Positions 1-7,617 of a stretch of 28,118 nucleotides of DNA are shown here, one piece after another (position 1 is the first letter of the stretch; the number at the start of each line of letters is the position of its first letter). Under the pieces are notes generated by a model. That model saw only the letters and a list, made by a program, of their open reading frames with translations, searched no databases and had not been told where the DNA came from. The DNA lies in assembly GCA_027046625.1 (NCBI GenBank), contig JALTXX010000014.1, positions 1 through 28,118 on the forward strand, written 5' to 3'. The position numbers and the translations under genes were made by a program. This DNA is from Candidatus Micrarchaeota archaeon (lineage in GTDB: Archaea > Iainarchaeota > Iainarchaeia > JAADDC01).

Positions 1-4
1 GCAT

Positions 5-79
5 AGCGGGGTGGAGCAGCCTGGAGTGCTCGCCGGGCTCATAACCCGGAGGTCGGTGGTTCAAATCCACCCCCCGCTA
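5..79 (+). tRNA. tRNA-iMet (initiator, anticodon CAT)
   Basis: Cloverleaf AGCGGGG...CCCCGCT-A; anticodon CAT at 40-42; A1:U72 pair and GGG/CCC at the base of the anticodon stem (archaeal initiator hallmarks); GGTTCAAATCC T-arm; no encoded CCA. Confidence 0.97.
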
Positions 80-182
80 CTCTTTCTTTCTCCTCTGGGA
101 TCTCCCTTTGTTTAAAAACTCGGTTCACTCCCTGGTTCTGTCGGGGAGATGAATCTGAACCTGCCTCGCCTGGCCTCGCCAC
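39..182 (-). CDS. Putative N-terminal fragment of split integrase, Int(N), 47 aa
   Basis: GTG at 182 preceded by GAATAA-TTATAAA; reads MARPGEAGSDSSPRQNQGVNRVFKQREIPEEKERVAGGGFEPPTS through att, in the same phase relative to att as the integrase; stops at 39-41 inside the tRNA. Confidence 0.6.
   Translation of the reverse strand: MARPGEAGSDSSPRQNQGVNRVFKQREIPEEKERVAGGGFEPPTSGL
47..94. repeat. att site (left copy), 3' half of tRNA-iMet plus 15 nt downstream
   Basis: CGGAGGTCGGTGGTTCAAATCCACCCCCCGCTACTCTTTCTTTCTCCT is identical to 6986-7033 (48 bp; extends to 99/7038 with one mismatch). Confidence 0.97.
81..94 (+). terminator. Pyrimidine/T-rich tract after tRNA-iMet (likely terminator)
   Basis: TCTTTCTTTCTCCT directly after the tRNA 3' end; included in the att repeat. 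Confidence 0.45.
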
Positions 183-203
183 AGGAGAAATAACTCTTCC
201 TGG

Positions 204-216
204 TTTATAATTATTC
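204..216 (-). promoter_or_regulatory. BRE/TATA box upstream of Int(N)
   Basis: Minus strand GAATAA TTATAAA, about 22 nt before GTG at 182 (leaderless spacing). Confidence 0.55.
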
Positions 217-861
217 AGGGTGGTTCAGTTTGGATTTGAACCTGGCACATAAACTCAAATCTTCCAGCTCGAAGAACCCCTTGTAATCCACGATCTTTAT
301 ATTTGTCCTTTCTATCCCTAAATAGCCCTTTACCTTATCTATATTTTCTACAAAATCTTTCATACCTTGGTCCCTTGCCACTATATAAACTTCTTCTTTC
401 CTTTCTTGCTCCAAGACCAGAGCCGTTCCTATAACATAGAAGTCTGCGCTGTCCAACTGTACGGATCTCGATATGTTATCGTTAAGAAAGTTCTTTATCT
501 TCCTCTCAGCCACTGTTAATCCTACCTTTTTCTTCTTCTCGTGGAGGATGTTGTTTAGTTGGACCATCTTGCTAACAATTGCAAGAACCTTTGGGTCCTC
601 TTTGTCTCTCAGCAATCTCCACTCTTTCATGTACTTTACCCACTCGTAGGCCCTACTATCTCCATCGCTTATCGGTCCTTCCCTATTCCTTGAGCTGTAA
701 TAGTGGTTTTTCAGCTCTTCCCTCACCAATTCGTGGGAAAAGAACCTTCCATTTTTCATGAACTCCCTCTTGATAAAATCTGAGGCTTCGTTGCCTACCT
801 TTGGTGGTATTATCATCCCCAAGTCCCTCAGTCCGCTGGTATCCCAGACATAGATCCTCAC
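211..861 (-). CDS. PIN-domain protein (DUF4411-like), putative toxin/RNase
   Basis: PIN acidic motifs WDTS, VREEL, SADFYVIGTA, IVARD; GTG start overlaps the TAG stop of the upstream peptidase gene (TAGTG). Confidence 0.8.
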   Translation of the reverse strand: MRIYVWDTSGLRDLGMIIPPKVGNEASDFIKREFMKNGRFFSHELVREELKNHYYSSRNREGPISDGDSRAYEWVKYMKEWRLLRDKEDPKVLAIVSKMVQLNNILHEKKKKVGLTVAERKIKNFLNDNISRSVQLDSADFYVIGTALVLEQERKEEVYIVARDQGMKDFVENIDKVKGYLGIERTNIKIVDYKGFFELEDLSLCARFKSKLNHPE

Positions 862-1979
862 TATACCGTCCCCTCCAGCTTTTCTATCGTCTTTCCTCCA
901 ACGCCAAGGAGATTTTTCAATCTCAGTTCGTCGATCCGTCCCTTTCTGTAAAGATCTACGACTACCGCAACTGTTCTCTCGCCGAAGCTATTTATGGTAG
1001 ATCTTACCAAGTCTCTGGGTCCCTTCCTTTCTTCTTTCTTTTCTTCTATCTCTCCTACCTCCAATCCTGTTATTCCAAGCTTTCTTAATCTATAGAGAAG
1101 CACTGACATGCTGACCTTATACTTGGCCATCATCTTCTTCAGGAACTTCTTCTGATCTTTTGTCCCTCTTACCTTCTCTATCTCCTTATTTGTTTCCTCT
1201 GGAAGAAGGAAGTAGGCCGCAAATTCGTTGCACCACCTTTCTATCCTCCACTTTCTCTCCTCTTCATCTGGAACTTCGAGAAGATCGTCTTCATACACAT
1301 GTTCCCCAAGAAGGAGGTGTCCCAATTCATGACCTATGGTGAAAATAGTTCTTTGGATATGGGGATCTTTCCTGGCAATAATAACCCCTACACCGTATAC
1401 CTCATAGCTTATGCCGTCTATCTCCTCTGGTAGATCCCTTACTATGACTACCACTCCTCTCTCCCACAGCTTCTCCCTTAGAAAGTCTATCATATCCCTG
1501 AACTCCTTCATCTCATCTGTTTGTATCTTAAGGTCAAGGCCCAGCAAATTGCGTATTTCTCTTGCTACTTTCTTCGTCTCGTCCTCTAAACTAAACCGAG
1601 GGAGATTCATTTCTCCTATCACTCCCTCTTCTTTGAGAAGGAATACAAGGTCATTCGTCTCCATTATTACATCCAGCAAGTCTTCCTTTCTCTTCCTTTT
1701 CTTTTCCTTGCTCTTCTTCTCTCCTCGCCTCCTCCTGAAGTCTTTTATCATGAGAGGCTTGAGGTTTTCTTCGTTAAGGTCCATCAGCCTGATCATGGCA
1801 ATATTGAGTTTCTTTGAGATTGTCACCAGGGTGTTTGGGCTGATATATCCCCTCTTTATTCTCTCTATCTCGTCGCTTCGTATCCCGATTTCTCGTAGAC
1901 CCTCCTCTAACCCTTTTCCTCTCCTTTTCCCCACGAAGAAGGCAATCACCTTGGGGTTGACGGGTATCAATTCTTCCAT
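861..1979 (-). CDS. XRE-like HTH + ImmA/IrrE-family Zn metallopeptidase (putative antitoxin/sensor)
   Basis: HExxH motif FTIGHELGHLL followed by ERWCNEFAAYFLLP and KYKVS; N-terminal VNP...HTH-like region followed by DFRR. Confidence 0.9.
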   Translation of the reverse strand: MEELIPVNPKVIAFFVGKRRGKGLEEGLREIGIRSDEIERIKRGYISPNTLVTISKKLNIAMIRLMDLNEENLKPLMIKDFRRRRGEKKSKEKKRKRKEDLLDVIMETNDLVFLLKEEGVIGEMNLPRFSLEDETKKVAREIRNLLGLDLKIQTDEMKEFRDMIDFLREKLWERGVVVIVRDLPEEIDGISYEVYGVGVIIARKDPHIQRTIFTIGHELGHLLLGEHVYEDDLLEVPDEEERKWRIERWCNEFAAYFLLPEETNKEIEKVRGTKDQKKFLKKMMAKYKVSMSVLLYRLRKLGITGLEVGEIEEKKEERKGPRDLVRSTINSFGERTVAVVVDLYRKGRIDELRLKNLLGVGGKTIEKLEGTV

Positions 1980-2003
1980 CTCGATGAGTAATAAGGTAGT
2001 TTT

Positions 2004-2012
2004 CTTTATTAA
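2004..2012 (-). promoter_or_regulatory. TATA box for the peptidase-PIN operon
   Basis: Minus strand TTTAATAAA about 25 nt before ATG 1979; a near-identical box (CCATTTAATAAAG) lies at 4494-4506 upstream of the surface-protein gene. Confidence 0.5.
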
Positions 2013-3706
2013 AATGGAACGAAGGGGCCTGGCGAGGGATAAAATAATGGAGCTTTTATCTTTACTTCAAGGCCTTTTTCAGGCACATAGAACCCTGTTG
2101 ATCCTCTTTCAGACACATACCACGCATATACAAGGGCATGGGCAAGATCATCGCCAAGATCTTCGTTTAAACCATGGATTATAAATTTTCCACTCGGTGT
2201 TTGCTTTACACCAAGATTTAGAAGTTGGTGAATCAGTTTTGGGGCTTCTCTATAGGGAGGAAGGATGATCTTACCTGAGAGAAAAGCCTTTTTGAATTCT
2301 TTAAAAATGCGCGTCTTCTTTTCCAGGGAAGGGATTATCCTGAGTACCCTAAAACCTCTTTCTTCTAATTCTTCGGTCGGGGCCATACCAAGTCCTGCAT
2401 ACTCGCTCCCTACAGCTCTGAATCTGAATTTCCTGTCCAGCTCTTCTATCCTCCGAATCTGATGCTTAAAGCTCGTGTCGAGTATTTCTTCCAAATGTAC
2501 TACGCGGATCCTTCCCTCTTCTTTCTTCACCACAACAAGGGCCGTGGAATGGGATGTCCTTCCCCAGTCTATCCCAAGGTAAAATTCACCGTCCTTCAAG
2601 AAATCGGTCATCTTATAATCCTTGGTGGCCCTCCTGATCTCCTCCTCGCTAAGGAAATATGTAGAATCATCCACAAACTCGGCAAGTATTTCTCTTCTAA
2701 ACTCTATTTCCGTCATCTGCTTCCTGAACTCTCCTATCGTTTTCTCACTTACATATTTGTTTACCATTGTAGGATACTTAAGAACAGCGTACTCGCCTCC
2801 TGTAACGACCTGAAAGAACCTGTCCCGCGTACTTTTGGGTGTTGATATTGCTATGATTTTCCCTTCTCGTGAAGTGGCCACAAAAGGTATGACGACACTC
2901 CAAACCTCGTCTGGAATATAGGCTGCCTCCTCCAATATTACGATGTCTGCTCGTATTCCCCTAAGTAACTGCCCCCTATCCGTACAAGGAAAGGCTATAA
3001 TTTCGCTGTCATTCGTTAAAACGATCTTGTACTCGTTCTTTCGAGTAATTTTCTTTAATGAGTTTGCCAATATCCCAGATTTCACAATAAAGTTTATTAT
3101 TGTGTCAAAAAGGATCTTCGATTGACGGAGGGAAGGGCCTACTATAACTATCCTTATCCTTGGCGTCATGATCGCCTTTATAAGAGCATATAGAGCTACT
3201 GTGAAGGTCTTTCCGCTACCTCTACCCATTACAAGCGCGACCCGCTTCTTCTTTTCAAGTAAATCGAGTATTTCTCTCTGATACTCCTGAAGGTCTACCT
3301 TACAGACTTCCTCGGCAAAAAGTATCGGATCCTTTATCCATTTTCGTAGTTTCTCCTCCGTTATGTCTGTCTCTCCCCTTTCATCTTCTTGTCTACTTCC
3401 CTCACCCAATAATTCTGCTATACGCCTTGCTATATCAGTAGATCCTGTTCTTCTATCTATTTCTGGAGTTCGTTCTATGGACCTGGCTTGTCTAAGTTTA
3501 TATCTATAAACCACAAGCCGAATGGCAGTCTCGCTCTTTCCGAAGTATCTCGCAATCTCCTCATAACTCCTTCCTTCCTCTAAGAACTGTTTTATCTTAT
3601 CAATACGCTCTGGTGTCCAGAAAACCCTTCCCCTCGCCACATTAATAAATAACTGCTTGTTATCTATTAGTCCTCCCCTAAAAGAAACAAAAATTAAATG
3701 AAACAA
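2009..3706 (-). CDS. terL: Terminase large subunit (ATPase + RNase H-like nuclease) with N-terminal HTH; true start probably downstream (e.g. GTG 3640)
   Basis: Adenine-binding LQEYQ, Walker A MGRGSGKT, GPSLRQS, LRGIRAD, Walker B IVILEEAAY, coupling motif ISTP, FRREILAEF, nuclease GIDWG and GDDLAHAL; N-terminal WTPERIDKIKQF..GRSYEEIARYFGKSETAIR HTH. Confidence 0.9.
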   Translation of the reverse strand: MFHLIFVSFRGGLIDNKQLFINVARGRVFWTPERIDKIKQFLEEGRSYEEIARYFGKSETAIRLVVYRYKLRQARSIERTPEIDRRTGSTDIARRIAELLGEGSRQEDERGETDITEEKLRKWIKDPILFAEEVCKVDLQEYQREILDLLEKKKRVALVMGRGSGKTFTVALYALIKAIMTPRIRIVIVGPSLRQSKILFDTIINFIVKSGILANSLKKITRKNEYKIVLTNDSEIIAFPCTDRGQLLRGIRADIVILEEAAYIPDEVWSVVIPFVATSREGKIIAISTPKSTRDRFFQVVTGGEYAVLKYPTMVNKYVSEKTIGEFRKQMTEIEFRREILAEFVDDSTYFLSEEEIRRATKDYKMTDFLKDGEFYLGIDWGRTSHSTALVVVKKEEGRIRVVHLEEILDTSFKHQIRRIEELDRKFRFRAVGSEYAGLGMAPTEELEERGFRVLRIIPSLEKKTRIFKEFKKAFLSGKIILPPYREAPKLIHQLLNLGVKQTPSGKFIIHGLNEDLGDDLAHALVYAWYVSERGSTGFYVPEKGLEVKIKAPLFYPSPGPFVPF

Positions 3707-3722
3707 ATAAGTGAAACGCGCC

Positions 3723-4469
3723 TCACGAGACCCGCACCTTCCAGACTACTTCATCTCTCTGTTCAAAGGGGTTGGGATCCCATACAAACAGAATATCCTT
3801 CCCCCGTTGATCTCCATATTCTGTAACATCAAAGACTATGTAAGCTTCTGCTGAAGTTCCTGGAGCAAGTTTACTGATACTACTTTCTTTGGCATTCTTG
3901 TACTTTGCTTCACAGGACGACATCATAAACACAAAGCTCGGTGCACCAGGCTCTGGCTCAACAGTCTTTCCGTTAATTATTATGCTTGTATCCATATCGC
4001 CTATTATCCAGTTCTGGTATTCTGTACCTTTGTTTTCTGCTCCAACCTTTACAACGATGTAGTATTTCTTTTCGTTGGTAACAGAATTTACACATTCCTC
4101 AAATCTCGCGTTCTCTATCCACACACCTACACCGTCTTCCAAGACCCACTTTTTGTCAGACGAAAGTATACAGTCCTCGTCTATTAAGCCCGTACATCCA
4201 TCTGGACAAATACCGTCACTTGCTCCACATTCTGCCCTCGAACTCTGTGGTACCTCGTTATCCTGACCTTCAACGGTTTCTGCGTAAGATGAAGGCGCAT
4301 TTGATGTGGTTACCTGATTTTGTTCGGCAGAAAGAGTCTCTGCGTGTGATGTTGGCTTTTCTGGAGCCACCAAAGCCACCAGAATTGCCAACAAAATAAC
4401 AGCTCCTATTATTCCGATTATTATTCCAGCACCCAACTTCACTCCAGAGAGCAGAGACACCAACACCAC
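3723..4469 (-). CDS. Membrane-anchored surface protein, DUF4352-like beta-sandwich with Cys-rich linker
   Basis: N-terminal hydrophobic helix, low-complexity linker, CGASDGICPDGCTGLIDEDC, then YIVVKVGAENKG...KLAPGTSAEAYIVFDV pattern; GGAGGTG SD before the start. Confidence 0.7.
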   Translation of the reverse strand: MVLVSLLSGVKLGAGIIIGIIGAVILLAILVALVAPEKPTSHAETLSAEQNQVTTSNAPSSYAETVEGQDNEVPQSSRAECGASDGICPDGCTGLIDEDCILSSDKKWVLEDGVGVWIENARFEECVNSVTNEKKYYIVVKVGAENKGTEYQNWIIGDMDTSIIINGKTVEPEPGAPSFVFMMSSCEAKYKNAKESSISKLAPGTSAEAYIVFDVTEYGDQRGKDILFVWDPNPFEQRDEVVWKVRVS

Positions 4470-4584
4470 CTCCGATGAACATATAGTTCAAGACTTTATT
4501 AAATGGATATCACATCCTATAGTGAGATATATTTCACAAAAGTATTGCACAATATTTTAAGCAGATTAATTACAAGGATTATTT

Positions 4585-4833
4585 GTGCCGAGAACCATAC
4601 CAGACCTGGACGAACGAATTCTGGAACTTCTCGCAAAGGTAGACTGGCCAGTGACTACAGAGGAGGTAGCAAAAGCTCTGGGTGTGAGCTGGCAGACCGC
4701 ACATATCCATTTATTGAAGCTTGTAGCTGAAGGGAAGGTTAAGTACAAGAAGGTAGGAAGACAGAACCAATTCTGGTTAAGTGAAAAGTATAGGAAGGAG
4801 TTCAGTCACAGGAGAGAGGAAAGCTCTTTATGA
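4585..4833 (+). CDS. Small winged-HTH DNA-binding protein (element regulator or excisionase candidate)
   Basis: ILELL...TTEEVAKALGVSWQTAHIHLLKLVAEGKV..KKVGR..FW wHTH pattern; TTTTAA box about 24 nt upstream of GTG. Confidence 0.85.
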   Translation: MPRTIPDLDERILELLAKVDWPVTTEEVAKALGVSWQTAHIHLLKLVAEGKVKYKKVGRQNQFWLSEKYRKEFSHRREESSL

Positions 4834-6055
4834 CAGGACTCAGTTTCTGAGAAAAGAGCAGCTTTAGATAATTCACAGAGATCGTCTGGCCTAAATAGAT
4901 GGAGACGAAACCTAGTATGGTACGCAGAATATATTTGATGGGAAGAATACCCAGAACATCGAAGAACCTTTTATGATGAGTAAGAGATAGGGCGTTTACA
5001 AAGGCCCTGGAACAGAAAGAAACTTCGAGCTCTGGAACACCTTCAGATTTGTCTATGAAGATCTTGACAGGAGAGCCCAGAGGGTCGGTAGGATAAAGGG
5101 GAATTTGACCTGCTCCTGAGCGAGAGGTAGAGATATTGAAGAAATTTACTAGGGCGATTTCGATATTATGAGAGGCAGAGAAACGCACAGAGGGGTAAAA
5201 GGAGTGAGAAGAAGAACGAGTAGCTTGGTAGAGGAGGGAAGCTATCTTACCGAGAGATAAAGATATGAGATAGAAGACATCGTCGAGATGAAGAACGATC
5301 CGTTGGAGGGAGGAGGGAAGGTCGAGATCAGGATAGAGATGGACCCTAAAATAGATCTGGAAGGTTGTAACATAAGATTTATCCTTCTCCGACTTATGAG
5401 CGAGAATGTTGTGAGATTCGCGAATCTTTACATAAATACCATCAGGAAGAGTTAGCAGCCTTTCACGGTAAAGAACGATATTGTGGCCTTTAGAAGAGGT
5501 TTGTTGTTTTTGGATCGTAAAACCAATCCCAAGAAGCGTATCTACAACCTTTTCTACCCGTTTAGGATTTAGGTGGGCCCTAATAATAAAACTAAGATTG
5601 TGAAGCCTCATATATGGCTTCGTAGTAGGAAGAACAGCTCCAACTCCATCCGACATCTCCCCCAAACTAAGGAGGAGGGTATGGATATTGACCAATCTTT
5701 CGGCATCTACACGAACCATCCGAGAAGTGGAACCAATAAGGATACTCAAGCATCTCAGTAACTTCCAGAAACGATCTCTACTACTCTTGGATGTAAATAA
5801 AGACTTCAGACCTCTGAGATCCTTCTCTTTATCTATAACTTTTTCTGCTAATTTCCAGAAATAATCCGTCCTGATACTTATTATTTCCCGTCTAAGAGCA
5901 GTCTCCCTTAATCCTCTGGTATCACCAAACCAAGAGAGAGCAACCTTGTAAATCATACTAATATATAACTTTGCACGTTCTCTACTTAGGGACGTAGACC
6001 TTCTACAACTATCTATTATATCCATCTTCCCCAGAGATCGTTCCCATTGGACCAT
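4802..6055 (-). CDS. Orphan ~407-417 aa protein, candidate replication initiator (start may be ATG 6025)
   Basis: Long intact ORF overlapping the integrase 3' end; only unassigned large gene in the element; motif-like RLHN and FIDKSEGVPELE. Function inferred from context only. Confidence 0.5.
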   Translation of the reverse strand: MVQWERSLGKMDIIDSCRRSTSLSRERAKLYISMIYKVALSWFGDTRGLRETALRREIISIRTDYFWKLAEKVIDKEKDLRGLKSLFTSKSSRDRFWKLLRCLSILIGSTSRMVRVDAERLVNIHTLLLSLGEMSDGVGAVLPTTKPYMRLHNLSFIIRAHLNPKRVEKVVDTLLGIGFTIQKQQTSSKGHNIVLYRERLLTLPDGIYVKIRESHNILAHKSEKDKSYVTTFQIYFRVHLYPDLDLPSSLQRIVLHLDDVFYLISLSLGKIASLLYQATRSSSHSFYPSVRFSASHNIEIALVNFFNISTSRSGAGQIPLYPTDPLGSPVKIFIDKSEGVPELEVSFCSRAFVNALSLTHHKRFFDVLGILPIKYILRTILGFVSIYLGQTISVNYLKLLFSQKLSPVIKSFPLSCD

Positions 6056-6905
6056 ACAGAATATTGTGGTGATCTTGTATATTAGTCACGCCGTTGTTGA
6101 TAAACTTCATCTTTTGTATCAAACCCTTAATCTGTTCCTTCTTTGAAGAAAATCGTGAGAAAACATTATCAACGGCCGACCAAACAGTTTCCTTATCGGT
6201 AATATAGACATATTTTTCAAGTGATTTTATGGTTTTGTGGCCAGAAAATACCCGAAGAAGAAATACGTTTCCGTTGAATGCCTTCGCCATCATAGTTATT
6301 CCAGTCCTGCGTAGACTGTGGGTCCCCAGAACATAGAGGGGCTTCCCATTCTTGCTATAACCGTAGATCTTTACGAGTCCAGCCCTTTTAAGATAACGAT
6401 AAAACTTTGTTCGAGCAAAGTTATAGGTTATATGACCTTCTCCTTTGTCTCGCGGGAAGAGGTAGCCACCAGATAGCATTATTTTCTCTTTCCAACGAAG
6501 GATGTAGTCGTATAGTATCGGTATGAACTGCTTCGGGATCTTTTTCTCTACAACGCGTCTCGTTTTTCTTTCGTAAATTAAGACGGATTCCCTGTCTAAA
6601 TCAAGATTCTCAAGTTTTAGACCCACAACCTCTCCTATTCGAAGGGCCAAGTAAAGTTGCAAAGAGTACATCATGTAAAATCGCTCGTCGTCAATAACGG
6701 AAAAGAATCGTTCCAGTTCTTCAGGAGTAAATACCCTGTTAACACCATCGGAGAGTCTTTGCTTATTTTTCTCCCAACGCTCACGATAGATTTCTCTGTA
6801 TACTTTTGAGAGCTGCTTCATACGCTCGTGTGGAAGGTTCCAGAGAAACTCTTCCCATAGGGAGAGAAAATCTCGCCAGAGTATTTTAGTGTCGCCTATA
6901 AGCAC
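6009..6905 (-). CDS. int: Tyrosine recombinase/integrase (catalytic part; frame stays open upstream through att to 7049)
   Basis: LALRIGEVVGL (R), ERKT (K), HSLRRT (HxxR), SGHK, LEKY (Y); adjacent to the att repeat. Confidence 0.95.
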   Translation of the reverse strand: MLIGDTKILWRDFLSLWEEFLWNLPHERMKQLSKVYREIYRERWEKNKQRLSDGVNRVFTPEELERFFSVIDDERFYMMYSLQLYLALRIGEVVGLKLENLDLDRESVLIYERKTRRVVEKKIPKQFIPILYDYILRWKEKIMLSGGYLFPRDKGEGHITYNFARTKFYRYLKRAGLVKIYGYSKNGKPLYVLGTHSLRRTGITMMAKAFNGNVFLLRVFSGHKTIKSLEKYVYITDKETVWSAVDNVFSRFSSKKEQIKGLIQKMKFINNGVTNIQDHHNILYGPMGTISGEDGYNR

Positions 6906-6985
6906 ATACCCTTTACGGCCTATTCTCCTATATTGAATGCCAACGACTGGGACTGAACCAGAATGCTCTCCTTCTCTTCTCTCAA

Positions 6986-7033
6986 CGGAGGTCGGTGGTT
7001 CAAATCCACCCCCCGCTACTCTTTCTTTCTCCT
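6986..7033. repeat. att site (right copy), tRNA-iMet 3' fragment
   Basis: Identical to 47-94; lacks the 5' half of the tRNA, so it is not a tRNA gene. Confidence 0.97.
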
Positions 7034-7089
7034 TTGGGGTTTCTCTTTCTCACCTAAACTCCTTTTAAACCATCGGCCCATAGGGTAGC

Positions 7090-7617
7090 ATGGAAAGGGA
7101 GGTTCTTTCCCACCTCTATAATATCATAAGAGTTAGTTACTCTGACTACCCCTCCGTAAACGGTTTTCTGAGAGAGTTTGAACGAGAGCTTTGGAAAGCC
7201 GTAGATTCCAGAAATATACTAAAGTTTCTTACAAAGAATAAAATGGATGTGTTCGAGATCGGATCCATTAAAAGGATGGGCATACATCACAACGATAAAC
7301 TAATTCTTATCGAGCCAGGAGGCTTAGAGATAAAGTACACGGGGCTTGCAGAGGAGAACACCCCATACCTTAGAAATGAACACTCTACTAACGCTCTTCA
7401 CTTAGAAGGAGCAGCACACATCATCATAAGCGATAAGCATAATCACCTACATCTCCTGGAACTGTTTCCAAAGGATGGAAAGGTAGTATTTACTCCCCTT
7501 GTAGGAAAGGACACCATCCACCTAGAGAAGCCAAAGCCTATTCTTGCCCTTGTAAAGTATGGAGAACGGATTTATTCAGTAAAATTTCCTCATAAAGAAG
7601 CCAAACTACTGGTATGA
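7090..7617 (+). CDS. Hypothetical protein
   Basis: 175-aa ORF filling the gap between att and tRNA-Phe; TTTTAAA box about 20 nt upstream; no recognised motif. Confidence 0.7.
   Translation: MEREVLSHLYNIIRVSYSDYPSVNGFLREFERELWKAVDSRNILKFLTKNKMDVFEIGSIKRMGIHHNDKLILIEPGGLEIKYTGLAEENTPYLRNEHSTNALHLEGAAHIIISDKHNHLHLLELFPKDGKVVFTPLVGKDTIHLEKPKPILALVKYGERIYSVKFPHKEAKLLV

Larger units (their letters stand above)
47..7033. mobile_element. Integrated element in tRNA-iMet (predicted 6939-bp circle); candidate virus satellite or minimal provirus
   Basis: Perfect 48-bp direct repeats 6939 bp apart; tyrosine integrase next to the right repeat; large terminase and TA-like cargo inside. Confidence 0.93.

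Noticed and set aside
1411-2184. 257-aa plus-strand ORF
   Set aside because: Antisense shadow of the peptidase and terminase genes; Ser/Leu/Phe-rich mirror of Glu/Lys/Arg codons, no motifs.
6986-7018. Second tRNA-Met gene
   Set aside because: Only the 3' part is present (no D-arm or anticodon); it is the att duplicate.
47-7033. Calling the element a complete provirus
   Set aside because: No recognisable capsid, portal, protease or tail genes and too small for an autonomous head-tail virus.
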